Assembly (NCBI GenBank): GCA_003133025.1
Contig: PKZK01000059.1
Span: forward strand, 1-11,561
From: Vulcanimicrobiota bacterium
Lineage (GTDB): Bacteria; Vulcanimicrobiota; Vulcanimicrobiia; Vulcanimicrobiales; Vulcanimicrobiaceae
Reading direction: 5' to 3'
Length of the DNA stretch: 11,561 bases
How positions within the stretch are numbered: the stretch's first letter is position 1; every line of letters starts with the position of its first letter. Below are positions 6,208 through 11,561 of this stretch, one piece after another. The translations under genes and the position numbers were made by a program. The notes under the pieces were generated by a model. That model was not told where the DNA came from. It made no database searches and saw only the letters and a program-made list of their open reading frames with translations.

Positions 6208-7635
6208 TCAGCGGAAGAGCCCGTGGAAGCCGAAGGGGATGTGGTGCGGCACGGTCGCGCGCCCCAGTTGCGACAGCGTGCGCGCGTCGAGCACGAGCAG
6301 AGACGAGGTGCCCGCGTTTGCATCGAGCACGACCGAGAGCAGGACGCCGTCGTCCTCGTCGGTCCCGCCGGGCCGCGCGACGAAGAGCGGTTCGCCGGGA
6401 TACGCGCCCTGCGCGAACCACCGCGTAACGCTGCCGTCACGCACGTCGACCTTCACCAGCGCGTCGAAGGTCGCCACGCCGTCCGCGCCCGCGGCGTCGA
6501 CGCCGTAGGCATACGCGTACGGCTTCGTTGCGGTGCGCGGTGCGATCGAGGGAAGTTCGGTCGCCGGTGCGGCGATGCGCCGCACTTCGGCGGCGGAGCG
6601 TCCCGGCACGAGCCGGTAGCGCCGCAACTCGGCCCGCGCGATTTTCCCCGCCTCGTCGGCCAGAAGATTGTCCAGCTTGAAATCGTTCACGATGCCGGCG
6701 TCGGCGTAGGCCGAGATGTCGAGCACGATCGTATCGCCTTCTTCGAACGCGTTGACGTGGTGGAATGCGAAGAACGCTTCGGTTTCGTACGTGCCCGCCG
6801 TAGCGCCGCCGTCTTTGGCGATCACGTGGATGCGCGTGCCGCGTCCGGGTTCCCAACGATAGTTCTCGATGAAGGGTTTGCGCCGCAGCAGCAGATCGAG
6901 CGGGTTGACCACGAGCGGATACTCGACGATCACGACGTAGCGTTCCGTCGTCGAAAACGCGTGGAGGTACGCCGGCTTGTCGACCGTGACCGAGCCGACG
7001 AGTTCGCGACGCAGCGTTCCGTCGGGGATGCGCACCACCTGGTACTGCGATTTGCGGCCGACCTGCGTCACGATGTTGAACGTCGCGCGGCGCGCGCGAT
7101 CGTAATGCGTGTGCGCGGTCGTAATCTGACCCGGGAGGGCGTCGTCGTAGGCGAGCTCGCCGCGCGTCTCGAGCGTCGCGCCGTCAAAGGCTACGGGCGC
7201 TATCGTTTCGGTCAGGGCGAGGTAGCCGTCGCGGAACGGCACGATCGTGACGTTGGCGTTGTTCGAGGTGAGATTTCGGCCGCTCAGGCGGTCGCCGAGC
7301 GCTTCCGCGAACGAGCGCTTCGGATCGGTATCGAACTCGGAGCAGGCGATGCGGCCGGTGCGCTCGGCTTCGACGAAGCCGTTCGAGCGCAGAAAGCGAT
7401 TGGCGTACGACACGGCGCCCCCGCCGATGCCGAATTTGTGCAGCATGCCCAGACCGTCGAACCAGTGCCGATAGCGATCTGAGCCCACTTCGAAGCGGGC
7501 CGGGCCGTTGCGGAGCAGCGTGCCGGTGAGCCACGGCGGGATGCTGCCCTCGATCGGCAGGGCGGCGAGATTGGTCTCGGAGGCGAGGCTCGTGAAGCCG
7601 AGGCGGTAGTCGTTCTTGGCGGGCGCGGTGAGCAT
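6208..7635 (-). CDS. Carotenoid cleavage oxygenase family protein (RPE65/BCO/ACO-like non-heme Fe(II) dioxygenase), 475 aa
   Basis: G.IPPWLTGTLLRNGP and HWFDG.GM are present, with four Fe-ligand His motifs (TTAH, YLHAF, FHHVNAFE, GFHG) and second-shell motifs ELP.I, GEPLFV and EDDG. SD AAGGGAG (7643-7649) lies 7 nt before the ATG. Confidence 0.95.
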   Translation of the reverse strand: MLTAPAKNDYRLGFTSLASETNLAALPIEGSIPPWLTGTLLRNGPARFEVGSDRYRHWFDGLGMLHKFGIGGGAVSYANRFLRSNGFVEAERTGRIACSEFDTDPKRSFAEALGDRLSGRNLTSNNANVTIVPFRDGYLALTETIAPVAFDGATLETRGELAYDDALPGQITTAHTHYDRARRATFNIVTQVGRKSQYQVVRIPDGTLRRELVGSVTVDKPAYLHAFSTTERYVVIVEYPLVVNPLDLLLRRKPFIENYRWEPGRGTRIHVIAKDGGATAGTYETEAFFAFHHVNAFEEGDTIVLDISAYADAGIVNDFKLDNLLADEAGKIARAELRRYRLVPGRSAAEVRRIAAPATELPSIAPRTATKPYAYAYGVDAAGADGVATFDALVKVDVRDGSVTRWFAQGAYPGEPLFVARPGGTDEDDGVLLSVVLDANAGTSSLLVLDARTLSQLGRATVPHHIPFGFHGLFR

Positions 7636-7658
7636 GAACTTGCTCCCTTCCGATATAA

Positions 7659-7705
7659 CAATGTGGAATGTCCGCTAAGCCTACAATAGACCACATTGGA
7701 ATGTC
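7659..7705. promoter_or_regulatory. Putative PadR operator region and divergent padR promoter
   Basis: Direct repeat TGGAATGTC (7664-7672, 7697-7705), inverted repeat CAATGTGG/CCACATTG (7659-7666, 7691-7698), palindrome ACATT-GG-AATGT (7693-7704), and a plus-strand -10-like TACAAT at 7682-7687. Confidence 0.6.
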
Positions 7706-7707
7706 AA
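7678..7707 (-). promoter_or_regulatory. Sigma70-type promoter for the carotenoid oxygenase gene
   Basis: The minus strand reads TTGACA (7707-7702), an 18-nt spacer, then TAGGCT (7683-7678). The perfect -35 sits in an AT-rich island within GC-rich DNA. Predicted TSS is near 7671. Confidence 0.7.
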
Positions 7708-8213
7708 GGGAGTTGAACGCGACGGCCGCTTCGTTGCTGGGCCTGCTCGCCTGGCGGCCCATGTCGGGCTGGGAGTTGTACGCGGAGTTCGAGCACACGA
7801 TCGGCCACTTCTGGAGCATCACGCGCAGCCAGGTCTATCGCGAACTCCAGACCTTAGCCGAGCGCGGCTACGTCGAACTCGGTGAAAGCGGCGCACGCGA
7901 GCGCCGGGTATCGACGATTACGCCGGCCGGTCGCGAGGCGTTCAACGCCTGGATCGCGCGCATGCCCGGCGCGGAACAGATCCGTTTCCCGTTTTTATTG
8001 ACGGTGTTCTTTGCGGAGGCCGTGCCGCCGGCCGTGCTGCGCCAGGCGACGATCGAGCAGCGCCGGACCCACGCGGCCCGGCTCGACGGCTATCTGGCGC
8101 AGATCGACGAGGTGCGCGCCAAGGCGCCCGCGCCGTCGCTGGCCCTCGATTTCGGCATCGCCTACGAACGCGCGGTGCTCGCCTGGATCGACGCGCTGCC
8201 CTGGATGCGCTGA
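7701..8213 (+). CDS. PadR family transcriptional regulator (subfamily with C-terminal dimerisation domain), 170 aa
   Basis: Motifs LLGLL..RPMSGWEL...FEHTIGHFWS..RSQVYREL..L...G.V and ITPAGREAF..W, plus C-terminal LALDFGIAYERA.LAW. ATG 7701 is preferred over 7668, which lies inside the promoter region. Confidence 0.93.
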   Translation: MSRELNATAASLLGLLAWRPMSGWELYAEFEHTIGHFWSITRSQVYRELQTLAERGYVELGESGARERRVSTITPAGREAFNAWIARMPGAEQIRFPFLLTVFFAEAVPPAVLRQATIEQRRTHAARLDGYLAQIDEVRAKAPAPSLALDFGIAYERAVLAWIDALPWMR

Positions 8214-8251
8214 GCCGGGCGCGCGAGCGCTTCCACCGTTACGTCGATGCG

Positions 8252-8923
8252 TTGGTGGATACGCCGCTGCGCGATGCGCCGCCGCCCTATCCCGGGCTTT
8301 CGACCGAGGCGTGGTACGATCCGGGGCGCTTTCCGATCGTGCCCGCGCTCGAAGCTGCCGGCGCATCGATCCGCGCGGAACTGGCGGCGATGCCCGCCGC
8401 GGCGTTCCATCGCGAAGCGGAACCGCTTCGGCGCGACGGTGCGTGGGACGTGGTGATGCTGTACGAGCGCGGTAAACGGCACGACGCCAACTGCGCGGCC
8501 CTACCGACGCTCACCGGCATCGTCGAGCGCTTCGAGACCGTGCGCACCTTCGCCGGCCTGGTCTACGTGTCGCGCCTGGTTCCGGGCACGCACATCGCGC
8601 CGCATCGCGGCCCGACGAACCTGCGCGTGCGTTGTCATCTGGCGCTCGCCGTGCCTGCCGGTGACTGCGCGCTGCGCGTGCGCGGCGAGACGCGACGGTG
8701 GGTTGCCGATCGATGCGTCGTCTTCAACGACTTCCTCGAGCACGAAGCGTGGAACGAGACGTCCGGGGAGCGCATCGTCGCGGTCGTCGATCTGTGGCAT
8801 CCGGATTTGAGCGAGCCGGAGATCGTGATGCTCGAACGCTTTCAAACGCGCATCCTGCGCCAAGCGTTCAACCTGCAGCACTATTGGGCCGACAACGATC
8901 GCGCGCGCGCGGAGAAGGCCTGA
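8252..8923 (+). CDS. Aspartyl/asparaginyl beta-hydroxylase (AspH)-like 2OG/Fe(II) dioxygenase, catalytic domain only
   Basis: Motifs W....LY..G, SRL.PGTHIAPHRGPTNLRVRCHL.L.VP, W......FND..EHEAWN and R.V..VD.WHPDL closely follow the AspH catalytic domain. The start is uncertain: TTG 8252, GTG 8255 or CTG 8210. Confidence 0.9.
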   Translation: MVDTPLRDAPPPYPGLSTEAWYDPGRFPIVPALEAAGASIRAELAAMPAAAFHREAEPLRRDGAWDVVMLYERGKRHDANCAALPTLTGIVERFETVRTFAGLVYVSRLVPGTHIAPHRGPTNLRVRCHLALAVPAGDCALRVRGETRRWVADRCVVFNDFLEHEAWNETSGERIVAVVDLWHPDLSEPEIVMLERFQTRILRQAFNLQHYWADNDRARAEKA

Positions 8924-8930
8924 AGCCGTC

Positions 8931-11561
8931 TCAGGCGGGCGCGGGCGAACCTTGCTGCGGCGATTCGGGCGGTTTCTCGTCGCTTGCGAATTTGGTCTCC
9001 GCCTTGAGTTCCTTGGGCGCGATCCACGAGTACATGATCGGCACGATGAAGAGCGTGAGCACGAGCGAGCTGAGCAGTCCGCCGATCACCGCAATCGCCA
9101 GCGACGCACGGCTGCCGCCCCCGGGTTCGAGTCCGAGCGCGAGCGGCAACATGCCCGCAACCATCGCGATCGTGGTCATCACGATCGGACGGAACCGCGT
9201 TTCGGCCGCTTCCCGCATACCGGCTTCACGATCGCGGCCGTCGCGCTCGCGCACGGTATCCGCGTAGTCGACGAGCAGGATGCCGTTCTTCGTCACGAGG
9301 CCGACCAAGAGCACCATGCCGATCAACGAATAGAGGTTGAGCGTTTGGCGCGTGATCCAGAGCGCGCCGAAGGCGCCGATCGTGGCCAACGGAATTGCAA
9401 ACAGGGTGACGAACGGCGTGCGATAGCTGTTGTAGAGCGCGACGATCATCAAGAACACCAGCACGAACGAGATCGCGAGCGAACTGCCCAGCGTCACGAG
9501 CGTCTGACCCATGAGATCTTGCTGTCCTTGCGCTGCGGGATGCACGGTGACGGTCTTGGGCAGGTGCAGCTTCTCGACGTTTTGCAAGAACGACTTGGTT
9601 ACGTTCGAGAGGTTGTAGCCGCCGGCGATGTTCGCCGACACGTGCACCACTTGCTCGCGATTCTCGCGCGTGATCACCAGGGGCGCGGGCGCCCAGCGTA
9701 GATGCGCCACGTCGCCCAGGCGAACGATGTCGCCGTTGCTGTCCTGCGAGCGAATCGGGATGTTGAGCAGCGCGGGCAGCGAGTTTTGATCCGGCAACGG
9801 ATACTCGACCAAAATCTCGGTGAGGCCGGCCTGCGCGGTTTCGATCTGCGTCGCCTCGTCGCCGCCGAAGGCCGCTTCGATCGCCGTCGCCGCGGTGCCG
9901 ACCGAGACGTCGAGCTGCTGGAGTTTCACGCGGTCGAAATCGACTTCGACCTGCGGGGCGGCATTGCTCGCACTGTCGGTCGCGCCTTGCGCGCCGGGCG
10001 TAGCCTTGAGCGCCGCGTACACCTTGGCGGCATACGGCGTGGGGTCTTCGCCGTTGCTCGTGGAGACGAGTTCGTCGATGGCCTGCTGCACGCCGCCGCC
10101 TTGCTGCGTCGCCTGCACGACGTTGAGGCTGCCGGGCGGCGCGATCTGGCCCAGGGCCGATTGCAAGCGCGTGACGTACTCCGTCGTCGAGGTCTTGTGA
10201 TCGTTCGACAGATAGATCGAGATCTGCCCGACGTTGCCTTCTTGCACGAAGCCGCCGAATTCGGCCGCGTAACCTCCAGCGATCGTCTGTTCGCTCAGGA
10301 AGTCGCTGCCGGCGACGGTTTGGCGTGCCTTGGCTTCGAGGCGCAGCATCAGCGCGTGCGTTTGGGCCAGCGGATAGCCCGGCGGTAAGGTGAGGCGCGC
10401 GTAGATGATGCCTTGATCCTGCACCGGCTGGTATTCCTCGCCGATGAAGCCGGTGGGCACCAAGAGAAACGCCAGCACGCAGAGCACGATCGAGACGATC
10501 ACGATCGGCCACGGACTGCGCATCGCGGCGGGAAGGAGGCGCTTGGAATAGCGGTCGCGCAGCGCGTTGAAGCGATCGTCGAACCAGAGGATGAATTTCC
10601 ACGGCTTCCAGGTCGATTTCATCGACCACAGCCCGGCCAGCACGGGCGTCACCGTAAACGAAACGAAGAGCGAGGTCAGCGTCGCGATCGACACGACGAT
10701 GCCGAATTCCGAGAGCTGTACGCCGACCTGGCCGCCCGCAAAGGCAATGGGTAGAAAGACCACCACGTCGACCATCGTGATCACGATGGCCGCCAAGCCG
10801 ATCTCGCTGCGGCCGTTGAGCGCGGCATCGGCGGGTTCTTCGCCCATGTCGCGATGGCGCTCGATGTTCTCCAAGACGACGGTCGAGTCGTCGATCAGGA
10901 TGCCGATCACGAGCGTCATGGCCATCAACGAGATGGTATCGAGCGTGAGGCTGAGCAGCTTCATCGCGAAGAGCGTCACGCCGAGCGAGGTGGGGATCGC
11001 GACCATCACCACCACCGCGTTGCGCCACGACTTCAGGAAGAAGAGCATCACGACCGCAGTGAGGATGATGCCTTCGATCAGCGTGTGTTCGACCGATTCG
11101 AGTTGCTGCTCGGTGAAGGTCGACTGGTTGTGCGCGACCTCGAAATCGATGCCCGGAAATTGCGTACGCAGCTTCGGAAGCGCGGCGATTACTTCGTTTG
11201 CGACGGAGACTTCGCTCGCGGTCGTGGCCTTTTGGATGTTGACGCCCACGCCCGGCCGCCCGTCGAGCGTTGCGAAAACGCGCGGCACGACGCTGCCGTC
11301 GATCACCTGCGCCACGTCGGAGATGCGCTTGTCGGCCGACGGCACGGCCCACGGGCTCAGGATGCCGACGAAGGGTGAGAGCGACGTGCCGCTGCCGGTG
11401 CCGTATTCGCTCGAGGATGCGGAAGGCAACGTCGCGGCCTCTTGCGATGCGGTGGCCGCCGAGGTCGTCGAGGCTGCGCCCGAACTCGAACCCGCGGTCG
11501 ACGTGATGCCGCTGACCGTGACCGGCGTATCGATGGGAGTGGAGTTCGCCGGCTCGCCGTT
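8931..11561 (-). CDS. RND efflux transporter permease subunit (AcrB/AcrD/AcrF, HAE1-like), 5'-truncated
   Basis: The frame is open from the window edge (11561) to TGA at 8931. TM4 GILIDDSTVVLENI (Asp-Asp), TM10 GLVTKNGILLVD (Lys) and TM11 RFRPIVMTT (Arg, Thr) supply the proton-relay residues. Periplasmic motifs VRLGDVA and ITREN are present. Confidence 0.96.
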   Translation of the reverse strand, partial: NGEPANSTPIDTPVTVSGITSTAGSSSGAASTTSAATASQEAATLPSASSSEYGTGSGTSLSPFVGILSPWAVPSADKRISDVAQVIDGSVVPRVFATLDGRPGVGVNIQKATTASEVSVANEVIAALPKLRTQFPGIDFEVAHNQSTFTEQQLESVEHTLIEGIILTAVVMLFFLKSWRNAVVVMVAIPTSLGVTLFAMKLLSLTLDTISLMAMTLVIGILIDDSTVVLENIERHRDMGEEPADAALNGRSEIGLAAIVITMVDVVVFLPIAFAGGQVGVQLSEFGIVVSIATLTSLFVSFTVTPVLAGLWSMKSTWKPWKFILWFDDRFNALRDRYSKRLLPAAMRSPWPIVIVSIVLCVLAFLLVPTGFIGEEYQPVQDQGIIYARLTLPPGYPLAQTHALMLRLEAKARQTVAGSDFLSEQTIAGGYAAEFGGFVQEGNVGQISIYLSNDHKTSTTEYVTRLQSALGQIAPPGSLNVVQATQQGGGVQQAIDELVSTSNGEDPTPYAAKVYAALKATPGAQGATDSASNAAPQVEVDFDRVKLQQLDVSVGTAATAIEAAFGGDEATQIETAQAGLTEILVEYPLPDQNSLPALLNIPIRSQDSNGDIVRLGDVAHLRWAPAPLVITRENREQVVHVSANIAGGYNLSNVTKSFLQNVEKLHLPKTVTVHPAAQGQQDLMGQTLVTLGSSLAISFVLVFLMIVALYNSYRTPFVTLFAIPLATIGAFGALWITRQTLNLYSLIGMVLLVGLVTKNGILLVDYADTVRERDGRDREAGMREAAETRFRPIVMTTIAMVAGMLPLALGLEPGGGSRASLAIAVIGGLLSSLVLTLFIVPIMYSWIAPKELKAETKFASDEKPPESPQQGSPAPA

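Noticed and set aside
5162..7482. ORFs 5162..6421 (-) and 5944..7482 (+)
   Set aside because: Shadow ORFs opposite well-supported genes, with no recognisable motifs.
6170..8945. Both the TrxB-like protein and the RND pump end in PAPA-stop
   Set aside because: Pro/Ala codons are favoured in GC-rich tails, and two unrelated proteins are insufficient evidence for a sorting or degradation tag.
8952..11506. 708-aa ORF 9226..11352 (-) and several plus-strand ORFs over the RND gene
   Set aside because: Alternate-frame or antisense artefacts of GC3 bias. The RND frame carries all conserved motifs.

Overview
GC-rich, densely coding bacterial window with nine CDSs; I saw no RNA genes, mobile elements or CRISPR arrays. 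In order: (1) the 3' part of a Pro/Arg-repeat hypothetical protein (+), followed by a bidirectional terminator. (2-4) A translationally coupled minus-strand operon: secreted S53 sedolisin/kumamolisin-type peptidase -> hypothetical protein with a probable outer-membrane beta-barrel -> SGNH/GDSL hydrolase. (5) A divergent cNMP-binding + glutaredoxin-like + thioredoxin-reductase-like flavoprotein that lacks the CXXC. (6) A carotenoid-cleavage oxygenase (RPE65/BCO family, -). (7-8) A divergent PadR regulator and a stand-alone AspH-like 2OG/Fe(II) hydroxylase (+), with a clear sigma70-type promoter and operator-like repeats between (6) and (7). (9) The 3' part of an AcrB-type RND permease (-) carrying a long Ser/Thr/Ala/Gly-rich insertion. 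The best candidates for undescribed systems are the PadR-controlled carotenoid oxygenase/AspH module and the S53/beta-barrel/SGNH operon. Gene content loosely suggests Eremiobacterota (Vulcanimicrobiota), but this is unverified inference. All family calls come from motif recognition, not database searches.
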